A stretch of DNA of 64,000 nucleotides from a virus (IMGVR_UViG_3300037067_015039:45213-109212), one strand, 5' to 3'; shown: positions 1-10,309, numbered from the stretch's first letter. Notes: generated by a model not told the origin, from the sequence alone. Made by a program: numbers and translations.

Positions 1-310
1 TCATGATAAACATAAACCTCATTGTTTTTCGTGAATTTTACAAAACAATCCCTACTCCCTTCATGATAGGCGATTGCAGACACAATGGACGATCCGTATA
101 CTGGCTGATAATCAGGCATAAAGACTCCTTAATTAACTCGATTATGGATCCATATTTCCATACAGGTTTCATCGTTTTCCACTCGTTCATCTAACTGAGG
201 GCTACACCAGCATTTTGGATTTTGAGTATGTTCGGGTTCTCGCTCGGATTCAGGGAAAACATGGTATCGAATCAGTTTCTTATCAATCGGTTCGCTCATG
301 GTTCCCCTTC

Positions 311-601
311 TTATTGCATTCGACCTCTATTCCAGAGGCTCTTATAAGGACTCGTGGCTTCTGATTCCAGTTCCTCTTTGAATACAATATCCTTCGTCTT
401 TTGTTTGATCATTGTAATAAAAACACTCATTAAGAGAAGAATAAAAAGAGTCCCGATCGCTCCGATCGCCCATGCCGGACAGTGATATTTATCCATGTAA
501 AGCCACGTCACAGCAACAAATAATATAAAACGACCCGGGCTATTAGGGATTCTTTTCCACGGCAATACCCAATGATCATCATTTTCTTTTTTTGGCGACA
601 T
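311..601 (-). CDS. small membrane protein (2 predicted TM segments)
   Basis: Two hydrophobic stretches; lies in the tightly packed minus-strand gene run. Confidence 0.6.
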   Translation of the reverse strand: MSPKKENDDHWVLPWKRIPNSPGRFILFVAVTWLYMDKYHCPAWAIGAIGTLFILLLMSVFITMIKQKTKDIVFKEELESEATSPYKSLWNRGRMQ

Positions 602-621
602 CCCAAACCTGCCTTTCTCGG

Positions 622-879
622 TTAAGAGGCGAGAATAATCTCCTTTTTTCTGTTCATATGTTCCAAGGTGATTGAAGAACCATAATGAGCCATTTGTTTA
701 AGTTCTTCTTCCGGGAAGAGCTTCCATTGTCCGTTATTCTGGAAAACCAGAAAACGCTGACAATCCTTGCAAAAAGCAATATCATTTTCGTTCGGTATGC
801 CCTTCCCGGTTATACGATGAGCGCCCGGAATATCATTTTTGCAATTTGGACATACTCCAAGTGACTTCTGTTCCATCAC
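622..879 (-). CDS. small Zn-ribbon hypothetical protein
   Basis: CPNC...CKDC; AGGAG RBS upstream. Confidence 0.6.
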   Translation of the reverse strand: MMEQKSLGVCPNCKNDIPGAHRITGKGIPNENDIAFCKDCQRFLVFQNNGQWKLFPEEELKQMAHYGSSITLEHMNRKKEIILAS

Positions 880-885
880 CGCTCC

Positions 886-1368
886 TTACTGCACAGCCGC
901 TGGTTGCGGTGCTGATTTCAGATCTTCAAAATCGAACTTCTCCTGCATAGCCCGGCGAAGTTCTGGAAGAGGATTATGCCAACAACCATGACGCTCGATA
1001 ATGGAAATAAACTCCTCAAAATCATGGTCCTTGAGATAGAACCCTTTTTCATCAACAGCCAGATGGCAGAGTTCGTGATCAACAAGAGCTACCTGCTGCT
1101 CAAGGGTGAGAACGTCCCAATATACCTCGTCGACCTCGATTATGAAGTCGAAACCTGTGAGAGCGTGGTAAACCGGGTTTACTAATTTTGCCTTTGCCAT
1201 TGCCGGATGTTTGCCCATTCGCGCCGGTGGTGGTGGGCCGTCGCTGTCCTCCGGAGCCAGTTTCATCATGTACGCAATCTTTGCGTGAGCTATATCCTGA
1301 TGGTGCAGTAGGATTAGAGGCTCCGCCACTTCTTCTACCCTTTCTGAAGTTTCGTATTCTGCTGCCAT
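886..1368 (-). CDS. phage putative metallopeptidase
   Basis: ALVDHELCH (HExxH) then HDFEEF; start moved to MAAEYE, which follows an AGGAGAG RBS. Confidence 0.75.
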   Translation of the reverse strand: MAAEYETSERVEEVAEPLILLHHQDIAHAKIAYMMKLAPEDSDGPPPPARMGKHPAMAKAKLVNPVYHALTGFDFIIEVDEVYWDVLTLEQQVALVDHELCHLAVDEKGFYLKDHDFEEFISIIERHGCWHNPLPELRRAMQEKFDFEDLKSAPQPAAVQ

Positions 1369-1568
1369 TATTGCTCTCCTTTGATTTTTGTTCGAATTTT
1401 TCCGGCCGGCAATTACGATTCTTGCACATGCTGGAATGAAGCAACATTGAAGCCGGTCCCACTTCAAATGTAGCCGCTTTGCTCATAAAAACCAGACCAC
1501 CACATTTAAAGTGAACTAGCCATGGTCCAACATAATCCTTTTTTGTGGGTTTGTCTCTCCCTTTTCTA

Positions 1569-1793
1569 TTATGATCCTTGTTCAGGTGGTTTTTTGGTTT
1601 TGGTCTGATCTTCATTATTAAACCCCCTTAATATTGCCGCTCGACCGATTAAAGATACCCCAACCCTATCAGCTTCATCAGGAGTCATTATTAAAGAATC
1701 TCCTATCTGATGATCAAAAACCATCTTTATGCAGCCTGCCTTTCGATCAATCCCAATTACTGATTCCAGTTTGACGTATTCTGATTCCGCCAT
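1569..1793 (-). CDS. hypothetical protein
   Basis: Starts just after the stop of the PurA-like gene. Confidence 0.55.
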   Translation of the reverse strand: MAESEYVKLESVIGIDRKAGCIKMVFDHQIGDSLIMTPDEADRVGVSLIGRAAILRGFNNEDQTKTKKPPEQGS

Positions 1794-1795
1794 AA

Positions 1796-3064
1796 TTATT
1801 CCTTATTGATGACTTTATTAAGATGCGTATTCCCAAACGAAAGATACCTCACCGGAATCCCGGGCGCAATTTCCGACAAACCATTTACCACAGAATTTGC
1901 CTGACGAAGCCCATAGGAATAATCCTTATGGTTTACCATAATTTCTTTGCTGATTTCGCGCAATTGTTCGAATGGCCGGCTTCGATAACAATCAGCATAA
2001 ATCCAGCGTTTTTGTTCTTTGAGAATATCCATATGGGTTATGGCCAATTCGTCCACTTTGCCAACAACACTGAGAGCGTATTTGAACGCTGGCACATCGA
2101 AATACCCTCTTCTCAAATCCCCCTGCCACTGATTATTTATGTTATGTTCCGGCTGCACATCAAATCCGTGGACATTCAGATCTTCGCTTTCTGTGACAAA
2201 TGGGCCTGCGCCATGCCTGGTGAAATAGGTTCGAACCACCCCAATGGTTGTTATGTCTAATTTATCGGTCGCCCCATAGTGATTGATAATCTCAAAGGCG
2301 TTATTGAACGTACAATCCGTCCAGGTGACGTGATTCCCAAACCCGTGGGTCTCGTCCAGCAGGACTCCCTGAGCGCCTTCAAAGACAATTGCATTCGGCA
2401 AACTATTCCTGATGTCATAAAACGTGCCAACTTTAATTTGTTGGAGCCAATCTTTGTAGAAATTTCTAACGTCTACCGGAGTTTCATTCTGCATTAGATC
2501 GTAAAGATTTTGGGTTTCTTTGCTATTGATAAATTTCTTGCATTGCCGAAGTTTTGTTTCTTTTATCCATTCCAGTCTTTCAATCGAATGAGGACATGGA
2601 ATATCCGAGACCTCGAGAGATAGCCCATCTAACTGATCTGCCCGGGTTTCCCCAACTCCCATTCCGCAGGATCCGTGTCTATCTTTTCCTCGAGACATTT
2701 CTTTGAGTCTGTTTGCTCTCCAATGCCAGGGAGTGACAATAACACTCTTGGGGTTTATTAGTAGGCGCTCAAGCCCATCATAAACTCCACTATGTTTCAG
2801 TACCACATTCTCAATGAGCATTGAGTAGGGTTCAATAAGCATATATTCCGATAAATAGGTCCGGCACCCGGGGATGAAGGTGCCGGACCCAAATTGAGCA
2901 AAGGTGTGATGGAGTCCGTCAGGCAACACGACGTTATGCCCTGCCTGCGGACCTCCATTATATCGGACTACCCAATTGGCCTTGTGTTCCCGGCAAAGAA
3001 AATCAACCATCGTTCCTTTGCCCTCATCCCCGAAGGCCAAACCTGCGATAATGAATATTTGCAT
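1796..3064 (-). CDS. divergent adenylosuccinate synthetase-family protein (PurA-like, not PurZ)
   Basis: FGDEGKG, RYNGGPQAGH, GSCGMGVG, FEGAQGVLLD and TRHGAGPF motifs; aspartate-binding loop is non-canonical. Confidence 0.9.
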   Translation of the reverse strand: MQIFIIAGLAFGDEGKGTMVDFLCREHKANWVVRYNGGPQAGHNVVLPDGLHHTFAQFGSGTFIPGCRTYLSEYMLIEPYSMLIENVVLKHSGVYDGLERLLINPKSVIVTPWHWRANRLKEMSRGKDRHGSCGMGVGETRADQLDGLSLEVSDIPCPHSIERLEWIKETKLRQCKKFINSKETQNLYDLMQNETPVDVRNFYKDWLQQIKVGTFYDIRNSLPNAIVFEGAQGVLLDETHGFGNHVTWTDCTFNNAFEIINHYGATDKLDITTIGVVRTYFTRHGAGPFVTESEDLNVHGFDVQPEHNINNQWQGDLRRGYFDVPAFKYALSVVGKVDELAITHMDILKEQKRWIYADCYRSRPFEQLREISKEIMVNHKDYSYGLRQANSVVNGLSEIAPGIPVRYLSFGNTHLNKVINKE

Positions 3065-3080
3065 GGTTTCTCTCTAAGAT

Positions 3081-4118
3081 TTACAGTCTATCCACGCCAC
3101 CGGCAGAGCCGGCGACAGATGGAAGATTTTCGGCTGAGTACCGGCTGATCTCTCCGGTAGCCTTCGATAAAGGAACAAGCGCCGAAGAAATACCGGCGTC
3201 GGCAACCCCATCGGCAACCAGATCATCAATCCCCACGTATTCCTCACAGATCGCTACCGCGGATACGATCGTTTCACAAATCTTGTTCGGATCTTGCAGT
3301 TTGATGACGTTCTGCTGGCCAAGGAGATTTACCCAGTACTTTTCCAGGCTCTTGTCGGCATAATGGGAAGTCATATTGGGAATGATGAAGAACACGTGAT
3401 ATTTCTCTTCGAGTTCCTTCAGGATATCTGAGAATTTCAGATCATCTTGAACAGTATCGCCGATAATATCACTTATTTTCTTTTTGGAGAGGACGTCATA
3501 GGCATGCTCGTCACCTATGAAAAATATATAACCCTTTCGGCCCCTCTTTTCGAAATGATCATGAGCGGTGTGCCGGGCCATGAAGTAGGCCGCCAATTCA
3601 TATTCCTCTTCATAAGTTCCACCACCAAGGCCTGTAAGCCAGAGGTTTGTAAGGTTATCGTCTATTTCGATACCGGATTCAAACTGGCCAATCTGGAAGG
3701 TTCCAGCATGCCCGTTGGAACGCATAGCATCGTAATCATCAACGGCGCCGATCATGATAGCCGGATATCCATCTCCCAGGTATTTCTTCCCTGACGCCTT
3801 ATCGTCCAGGAAATGCCCCATTAATTTACTGAGGGCCTTCTGGATCATCTTTGGAACTTCCTGCATTGACCCAGTGGTATCGGTGATGACAGCGATCGGG
3901 ACCGAAATCGGGTGCGCATCAGAGTCTCTTGCCTCTCTGATCTTAACGCCTTTGGGTTCAAGTGAAGGATGAACGGCTGCCGCGACGGTGCCGGTATCAA
4001 TATCGTGACTATATTTAAATGTGGCCTTTTCTTCAGTGATTCCCATGGAATGCGCCAGGTTAATTCTTGCCGTAGTCCGTGACTTATAATCCTCTGATGA
4101 ATAACTACTTCCACCCAT
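3081..4118 (-). CDS. vWA-domain protein
   Basis: MIDAS-like DTTGSM, GGG..E and FFIGDE motifs. Confidence 0.8.
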   Translation of the reverse strand: MGGSSYSSEDYKSRTTARINLAHSMGITEEKATFKYSHDIDTGTVAAAVHPSLEPKGVKIREARDSDAHPISVPIAVITDTTGSMQEVPKMIQKALSKLMGHFLDDKASGKKYLGDGYPAIMIGAVDDYDAMRSNGHAGTFQIGQFESGIEIDDNLTNLWLTGLGGGTYEEEYELAAYFMARHTAHDHFEKRGRKGYIFFIGDEHAYDVLSKKKISDIIGDTVQDDLKFSDILKELEEKYHVFFIIPNMTSHYADKSLEKYWVNLLGQQNVIKLQDPNKICETIVSAVAICEEYVGIDDLVADGVADAGISSALVPLSKATGEISRYSAENLPSVAGSAGGVDRL

Positions 4119-4131
4119 AAATGAACTCCTT

Positions 4132-5136
4132 TCAGTTCTTAGGCAAATTTAAAGCGAGAAATTTCGGGGAGCCATATTCCTCTTTAGCGAGATTGACCCA
4201 CCGTTCTTGAATGCTCCAGGCATCGTCCGGCCGCGAAGCCGGAGATTCTGTCACACACCATTGAATAAGATCTCGGAAACGCTTTGGCACGTTCCCTGCG
4301 ATAATATTTATGGATTTCATCAACATATAAATATCCGTCCAGGGGCCGGCAGGTCTCTTTTTCATAACCTCTGGAGGGTAGTGCATTGAATAATCCCGCA
4401 CAATCGCGGGGATCGATTGACCGGCAGTACAGGAATAACACCAGTCAACAAGCTTTAATCCGTGATCTTTCGGATCATAAAGAAGATGGCAGGGAAGAAC
4501 GGCGCCATGAACAACGCCGGAATGATGCGCAAACCCTAAAACGCTGAGCGCCCGGTTCACCATCCAGACTATATGCCGGAAATCCAGGTTTTCCGCATGC
4601 AGGTCGACAATATCCTTGAGAGCGATAAAGGGCTGCTCATGGTGGAGAATATTCACGCGGCGCCCGGAAGCCTTTACTCCCTGAATAAATACAGGAAGAT
4701 ACTTTCTGAAATTCTCAGGTTTAGCTTTCCACAGATGATCCAGGGCGATTTTCTCCCGATCCATCAAATCGTTGTCTTTGGGACCGCGAACGATCTTTAA
4801 AATAACATTCGGATCCTTCTCCGATTCAGCACAGTAAAGGTCGCAGATATCTCCCTTTGTAAGCGATTCCGTAACTACGCAGCCGGCTATGACAACTTGT
4901 GGAGCTTTCGGTTTAGATGTAAACCCGGTGTACAACTCGTTGAGCTTTTTAAAAGCTTCTTCGGATCGTTTCCTATAATCCGGTGGAGCAACATCAGGGT
5001 GGCAGATTCGGGCATACCGGCGAAACCACTTGTCAGGATCCGCACCAGGGTCCAGGAGATCTTTATAGGTTTTGGCGGCTTCAATCGCTGTTAAATAAGT
5101 TTCTAAAGGTTCATGCTTGGCTTTGACGGCAGTCAT
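4132..5136 (-). CDS. J-domain-like + Ser/Thr kinase-fold (pseudokinase) protein
   Basis: YARICHPD (J-domain HPD); ILKI, HGAVLPCH and LVDWCY kinase-fold motifs; start moved to MTAVK. Confidence 0.8.
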   Translation of the reverse strand: MTAVKAKHEPLETYLTAIEAAKTYKDLLDPGADPDKWFRRYARICHPDVAPPDYRKRSEEAFKKLNELYTGFTSKPKAPQVVIAGCVVTESLTKGDICDLYCAESEKDPNVILKIVRGPKDNDLMDREKIALDHLWKAKPENFRKYLPVFIQGVKASGRRVNILHHEQPFIALKDIVDLHAENLDFRHIVWMVNRALSVLGFAHHSGVVHGAVLPCHLLYDPKDHGLKLVDWCYSCTAGQSIPAIVRDYSMHYPPEVMKKRPAGPWTDIYMLMKSINIIAGNVPKRFRDLIQWCVTESPASRPDDAWSIQERWVNLAKEEYGSPKFLALNLPKN

Positions 5137-5593
5137 TAGTCCCCTTTCTTTGTTGTTTTTTCTCAAGATCGGCCTTCCTATCGAGTTCAATTTGATCCAC
5201 TGTTGTTAATTCTATTTTTTGAATAAAGCTCAAATCGTGGGAAATGAACCAAGAATACATCGGAGCCATTAGCTTATAAACGTCTTTTTCCCAGATGGAC
5301 ATGGCTTCCACTTTTTTTCCAAGATCTACAACTTTATTCCGAAGGTTATTTATTGCGTCTTCATTTCTCAGGCACAGGGCTTTTAAATTAATATTTTCAA
5401 TCATAAGTTCTTCCATTAAAGGGTTGGGAGAACTACGTGAAGGAAGTCTGTCAATATACCAAGGCCGATTGCATTCTTGTTCCCATCGCATACGGTCATA
5501 TCTCAATTTTTGCAATTCTTGATCATATCTCAATTTTTGCAATTCTTGATCATTCCTCTCCAATATCCCTAATGGACCCAATGGACCTGTCAT
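5111..5593 (-). CDS. coiled-coil hypothetical protein
   Basis: AAGGAG RBS; contains an internal 27-bp duplication. Confidence 0.55.
   Translation of the reverse strand: MTGPLGPLGILERNDQELQKLRYDQELQKLRYDRMRWEQECNRPWYIDRLPSRSSPNPLMEELMIENINLKALCLRNEDAINNLRNKVVDLGKKVEAMSIWEKDVYKLMAPMYSWFISHDLSFIQKIELTTVDQIELDRKADLEKKQQRKGTNDCRQSQA
5496..5553. repeat. 27-bp perfect tandem duplication (in-frame, 9 aa)
   Basis: tcatatctcaatttttgcaattcttga twice; encodes DQELQKLRY x2. Confidence 0.9.
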
Positions 5594-5605
5594 AATGCAT
5601 TCTCC

Positions 5606-5893
5606 TTATTGGCCTGAAGTAGCCGCATCAATTTTCCTCAACCTTCTCGCAATTTTCTCTGTCATTGGAACAGTCTTGCGCGGTTTACGATTTTTCTTTA
5701 TAGCGGATACTTTCGAAATATCCCTCGAAAGCCCTATCATAGCCTCAGACCAACCAAATGGCACTTCCCATTGACCTCCATCTTTTGTTTCCCAATGGAC
5801 AACAGTCTCCCTGGTTACTCTAAGAGCGTCGGCAACTTCTGATTGTCTAAGCCCGGACCTTTTCCTCAAATCCCGAAATTCACAGCCCTTCAT
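5606..5893 (-). CDS. XRE-family HTH regulator
   Basis: LRKRSGLRQSEVADALRVTRETVVHWE. Confidence 0.8.
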   Translation of the reverse strand: MKGCEFRDLRKRSGLRQSEVADALRVTRETVVHWETKDGGQWEVPFGWSEAMIGLSRDISKVSAIKKNRKPRKTVPMTEKIARRLRKIDAATSGQ

Positions 5894-5972
5894 ACAACAT
5901 CCTTCCCGATCGGGGCTTATTTCCTTTTTTTGGAAAACGGAGTTCTCTTTTGCTTGGTCTGTTAAAGATAAT

Positions 5973-6296
5973 TTATCCTTTCGAAACTATGGCTTTATCC
6001 AGAACAGCCTCAGCCTGGGTGCCAAGAATTTTAAGAAGTTCGGCCGCCGCTTCCTTCTTCATATTCCTACCAAAACTAAGAATTATCTGATGAGCTCCAA
6101 TATTAGAGTATTCACCCTGGATCTCTGCCATATCCACTAAAATGATACAGGCCATCTTGAAACCCATTTTGGATATAAATTTGTCAAAATCCTCACACAT
6201 GTCTCCACCAAGTTTTTGACGTTCTCCAGGCGGTACAGAATGAAGATGCCCACCAATTGTGTCATTAAGTTCTTCCCCGCAAATGGGACAGTTCAT
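5973..6296 (-). CDS. hypothetical protein (N-terminal CxxC)
   Basis: Coupled to upstream ORF; GAGGAG RBS. Confidence 0.55.
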   Translation of the reverse strand: MNCPICGEELNDTIGGHLHSVPPGERQKLGGDMCEDFDKFISKMGFKMACIILVDMAEIQGEYSNIGAHQIILSFGRNMKKEAAAELLKILGTQAEAVLDKAIVSKG

Positions 6297-6476
6297 TGGA
6301 TTCTCCTCTTAAAAAATGAAGAATGGGGGCAGCAGCTTCGAAATCGAAGACAATGATCAAATTCGATCATATAACCTTCTTCGATACTGAATGACGCAGC
6401 AGTTATAGACATTCCGACAAGGGAATTTATAAACTCCTGTTCCTGTTCTTCTGTCCGGGTTTCCTCTGTTTCTTGG

Positions 6477-6809
6477 TTATTCTCTTCTGAATTTATCATT
6501 TCTTAACTCCATCCCGGGCGATAATTCGCGTTTTCTCCAACATCCTGATACTGGATCCCGCTCCATAAGGGCGAGTTCCTTACGTGTAATCGGTACAGCT
6601 CCCCACCTGATAGCCAGGGCTCGTTTAGAAGCACAGATATCAAAATGCTCTTTTTTAGATTGCCCTGGATATTGCAGCCATTTCACGCGAACACCTATCT
6701 TCCTGGCCATCATGAGAAGTTCATCCGTTGTGTCGGCAATCATGTGGGACATACACATATTGCGATATTTTCCCATTGGGTATTTATACATGTCGTCGAC
6801 ATAAACCAT
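6477..6809 (-). CDS. DUF4031-like protein
   Basis: MVYVDD...MSHMIADTTDEL...IGV...EHFDICASKRALAI. Confidence 0.7.
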   Translation of the reverse strand: MVYVDDMYKYPMGKYRNMCMSHMIADTTDELLMMARKIGVRVKWLQYPGQSKKEHFDICASKRALAIRWGAVPITRKELALMERDPVSGCWRKRELSPGMELRNDKFRRE

Positions 6810-6810
6810 T

Positions 6811-7209
6811 TCAGTTGCACCCTTCGAGATAATTGGCCAATTTCCTAAGGATTGAAGAATTATCTTTGCAATGTCCAAGAATGAGGTTACATCTATTGCA
6901 AATCCATCCTCTGAATTTCCCGGATGCATGGCAATGATCAAAGCATATCTTCCCTCCATTACCACAGACGGAGCACTCCAACGGTTTTTTGCTGCCAGTA
7001 ATTGCCAGATGTTTTCGCACCATCCTTGTCTGATAACATCTACGAGCGGAAGAGTTTGCTTTATTTTTAAACTCTTCGGTATGCATAACCTTTCGAAACC
7101 ATCGGTTGCGGCTTTCCCTTCTTTTTAGTGGATCTGCTTTCAATCGGCTTTCCCTAACGCGATCCGGATATCGTTGTCTGTATCTGCGAACCGCTTCAAG
7201 ATTGCTCAT
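6811..7209 (-). CDS. endonuclease VII-like (His-Me finger) nuclease, possible homing endonuclease
   Basis: CSVC...FDHCHASGKFRGWICNRCNLILG. Confidence 0.85.
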   Translation of the reverse strand: MSNLEAVRRYRQRYPDRVRESRLKADPLKRRESRNRWFRKVMHTEEFKNKANSSARRCYQTRMVRKHLAITGSKKPLECSVCGNGGKICFDHCHASGKFRGWICNRCNLILGHCKDNSSILRKLANYLEGCN

Positions 7210-7407
7210 CTCTGAACTCCATCGCAGTGAGTGTGGTTCTTGCAATAATCCTTGTCTGGGCCATCCTTAATACTACACCGCGGACAGATCGGAAGATCGC
7301 ATGTCTTCCCGTTCGGAAGAAGCCAGTCACAAAGCAGGTTCGCCGGCTGTCCGCAGTGTGCGCAGTATTTCTGATTGCCTCTCCTAACACAAACTATCGC
7401 ATTGCCC

Positions 7408-8373
7408 TTACGGAAGCATGGCATTTTGCGCCTCCGGAAATTGAAGCCATTCCCGTCCATCCAGGAGGCGGCCGGCGGCTTTTTTGCCACAACGGTACAT
7501 CCACACATCTCCACCATCTGAAGAGTTAGCAAGATCGCTGCCATTATTACCTTTAATTGTTAGGCGATAAGTTTGCTGTTTTTCTTTTACAGTTTCTTCA
7601 CTTGCCCACCAGGCCCACTCCCCCCATTGTTTGAAATGGAACTTCACCCCCGCCGCCACGCACTGATCCCGCAGCGACCGTACCCAATCCGGATGCATGG
7701 GCCGTGCACCAGGTCCGGATTCGCCGCCGACGATGAGCCAATCGATGCCGCGCTTAACTCCCACGAGGGGATGATTCCCTTTTATCCCGCCATCTTGATA
7801 CCAAGCCGATAATCTAGGGCGCAAATATAATGCGTCAAATCGGATTGGCCCCAGCAACGGCTCCGCACTCACGAACCGCACCGCCGCCGGGATTCTAAGT
7901 AATATCGGTATCCGCTCGTTCGCAGCGGCCTGATTTTCGGCCGTCACTCCAACCCATACATTACGTGGCCATGAATTTTCCCACCTGGAAGGAATACTAT
8001 TAACAGCATCCCAGGGTCTCTTTGTAAGCAACATCCAGATCAAATTAGGTGTCTGTTCGATCGTCCTCCAGAGACGTTCTTTCTCAAAATATGAATCATT
8101 ACGATCCTGGAAGATGTCACACATGGATCCACAAAAAACTCTGTACCGGGTATTGTGCTCTTCCGCCATACGGTCCCATTTAATCGGCTCAGCCCAATGT
8201 TTTTGGCCAAATAATCGCGCCGGCTTGCCGGGTCCGAAACAATCAAAGCCGGTCCTTTTTGCCAACGCTTTCGCATAGCAATTATCACAGCCCGGAGAGA
8301 TATGGTCACAACCCCAGTAGGGATTGAATGTCATATCAGCCCAACTAATTCCGTTTTCGTGCTGTTTTGCCAC
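7408..8373 (-). CDS. phage gp37/gp68 (DUF5131) radical-SAM-like protein
   Basis: ISWADMTFNPYWGCDHISPGCDNCYA, LLTKRP, SAEPLLGP, IVGGESGP, FKQWG; GTG start inferred. Confidence 0.9.
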   Translation of the reverse strand: MAKQHENGISWADMTFNPYWGCDHISPGCDNCYAKALAKRTGFDCFGPGKPARLFGQKHWAEPIKWDRMAEEHNTRYRVFCGSMCDIFQDRNDSYFEKERLWRTIEQTPNLIWMLLTKRPWDAVNSIPSRWENSWPRNVWVGVTAENQAAANERIPILLRIPAAVRFVSAEPLLGPIRFDALYLRPRLSAWYQDGGIKGNHPLVGVKRGIDWLIVGGESGPGARPMHPDWVRSLRDQCVAAGVKFHFKQWGEWAWWASEETVKEKQQTYRLTIKGNNGSDLANSSDGGDVWMYRCGKKAAGRLLDGREWLQFPEAQNAMLP

Positions 8374-8593
8374 GTTTCCCCCACCGCTGCGCGACGTTTT
8401 CTTGTCCCATGGCCCGAAGTCTATTTGCGCTCTTCGAGAGACCAAGCAGGTGTGCCTTGAATATGATTGATGATTCTTTGCGGCCGATTAATTTTGAGAT
8501 CTCGGCGTTGCTGTGATTACGATATAAGTTTTTAAGACCAACTACTTCTTCCTTCGTCCAACGAGGACGAACCAGCTTTTTGATCTTTTTCAT
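8345..8593 (-). CDS. small Myb/HTH-like DNA-binding protein
   Basis: RWTKEE..LKNLY...AEISKLIGR....I..KAHLLGL. Confidence 0.55.
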   Translation of the reverse strand: MKKIKKLVRPRWTKEEVVGLKNLYRNHSNAEISKLIGRKESSIIFKAHLLGLSKSANRLRAMGQENVAQRWGKRGKTARKRN

Positions 8594-9300
8594 AGTTTCT
8601 CTCCTTTTATTTGTTTAAATTCTACTACCCACACCCATGGGTTAGATTCCCAAGACCCACGTTTCCCATTTATTTTGTCCCATCCGGCTTTAAAACACAT
8701 AATAGGAGTTGCCTGACCATATGGAGATTCATCCCCATATACGCCCTCCGCCAGGGCATCTTCTTCGCTGATTTCCTGCAACCTCTGGACTCGGATCCCG
8801 AGAACTTCAAGTTGAATTCTGGAAGCCCACCGGGGCATGAAGATGGAGGGTCTCCATTTTCCCCCATATTTCTGGATTCCAAAGGTAGGAGCATATTTAA
8901 GATTTTTGACTACTTCTTGATAAGAAGGGGCTTGGAGAAGATATCCATGAGCCAACCATATCTTACCTCCTTCACCATCGCTTATCCATGCTCCGCATTG
9001 TGAATCGGCAGCATAACCAACGATAGGTCTCTCCGGGCTGCACCAGGTTTCTCTCACCCAAAGCTGATCTCCGATAATTCCATAAGGGCATGAAAAATAC
9101 TTTGTAGCTTGCTCATAATTGGCCCATCGGCATTTTCTTATATTCCGGCGATCCTTAGAACATGTCGTGTCAGCTAGAAGCGCGAGAGTATAACTAACGT
9201 CTGGAGGCTGGACCTGCATAATTCTTCGGGTTTGGCTCTTGCGACCTTCCTGAATTGCTCGGACCATTGGCCCACTGAACAGGATCGGGTGTTCTTTCAT
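8590..9300 (-). CDS. ASCH/PUA-like phage protein
   Basis: PILFSGPMVRAIQEGRKSQTRR, LWVRETW, WRPSIFMPRWASRI, NPWVWVVEF. Confidence 0.85.
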   Translation of the reverse strand: MKEHPILFSGPMVRAIQEGRKSQTRRIMQVQPPDVSYTLALLADTTCSKDRRNIRKCRWANYEQATKYFSCPYGIIGDQLWVRETWCSPERPIVGYAADSQCGAWISDGEGGKIWLAHGYLLQAPSYQEVVKNLKYAPTFGIQKYGGKWRPSIFMPRWASRIQLEVLGIRVQRLQEISEEDALAEGVYGDESPYGQATPIMCFKAGWDKINGKRGSWESNPWVWVVEFKQIKGEKL

Positions 9301-9301
9301 T

Positions 9302-9745
9302 TTAACTCTCCAGTGGTTTTATAGTAATATCGCATCCACAGTTGGCATTCTCAACGGCGTCATAATATTTGTAAAGATGCTCTATCACAATCTGAGCATC
9401 ATCATTCCAACAAAATCCTGTGAGCGCATCTTCAGCCGCCCTGGACAACTTCAATACATCCGGCTTTACTATTGGATATTTCGGAGACGATTTTTTTATT
9501 ACACCATGTTTACCGAAATGGCCTTTTGGACGTGGAAGATAAAACATAAAGGTGACTTCCAATGGACCTTCCAGAAGTGGTAAACCAGTCATTGCAATTT
9601 TAGCTTGCCATTGAACAGTTTTCCTCCAGCCGGGGCCTTTCTCGTTGTCGTCTTTGACAATGATTTTTTTGGTGTATCTATGCCTAAACGCCTTTTTAGA
9701 ACCGGCAGTCTGCGGAATTCCAGCAACAAAGAACTTAATCTGCAT
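9302..9745 (-). CDS. rusA: RusA-family Holliday junction resolvase
   Basis: KPDVLKL.RAAEDALTGFCWNDDAQIV. Confidence 0.85.
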   Translation of the reverse strand: MQIKFFVAGIPQTAGSKKAFRHRYTKKIIVKDDNEKGPGWRKTVQWQAKIAMTGLPLLEGPLEVTFMFYLPRPKGHFGKHGVIKKSSPKYPIVKPDVLKLSRAAEDALTGFCWNDDAQIVIEHLYKYYDAVENANCGCDITIKPLES

Positions 9746-10003
9746 CGTCTTCCTCCTTCAAATCAGGAATTTCATTTTTCTTTTTCCTGGACTTTTTCAG
9801 GATGACTTTTTTGAGTTCATAAATACCGCATTCAGTTCCTTCAATAACATCCTCCGTATTATCTACAACAAGTAGGATTTCCGGTTCGTCCTCATCTTGA
9901 ACGACAGTCACTTGTTTTGGAAAAGGCATTCATCCTCCATATCTGCCGCAGGCGGCCACACTAAAAAGGGGTTAGCGTGACCGTTCCCTGTCCCGCGGCA
10001 TTG

Positions 10004-10309
10004 TCAAAGTCTTTTACGAGAATTCGAGTCACCAACATTAACTCGGAAAAAGGCGGCATCTTCTCCGAGTTTCTGAGCTTCTTGTTTCATTTCCTGAATC
10101 ACATGTTCGGCTTCCCTGCATCGTGAGCACCTTTCGGCGCCAAAACGAGGGTTCACCTTTAGATTTTCTAAGAAGACTCCGCACATGTTCTGCATCTGCC
10201 CATAATGGTCGCAGTTGCGGCAGTATTGGTTGCCGGTCCCGATCATAACAATTATTTTGTGTCTAGGGTTTCGGGCATACTTCTTTGCTGCTGACTCGGT
10301 TTTTGGCAT
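10004..10309 (-). CDS. Cys-rich hypothetical protein
   Basis: CxxC pairs; in the gene run. Confidence 0.45.
   Translation of the reverse strand: MPKTESAAKKYARNPRHKIIVMIGTGNQYCRNCDHYGQMQNMCGVFLENLKVNPRFGAERCSRCREAEHVIQEMKQEAQKLGEDAAFFRVNVGDSNSRKRL

Noticed and set aside
1796-3064. PurZ / Z-genome (2-aminoadenine) pathway
   Set aside because: The P-loop keeps the PurA Asp (GDEGKG) rather than the PurZ Ser; no DatZ/MazZ or DNA polymerase is seen, and the HD protein is Mesh1-like.
5496-5553. 27-bp duplication as a functional element
   Set aside because: A simple in-frame slippage duplication in a hypothetical gene; no further copies seen.
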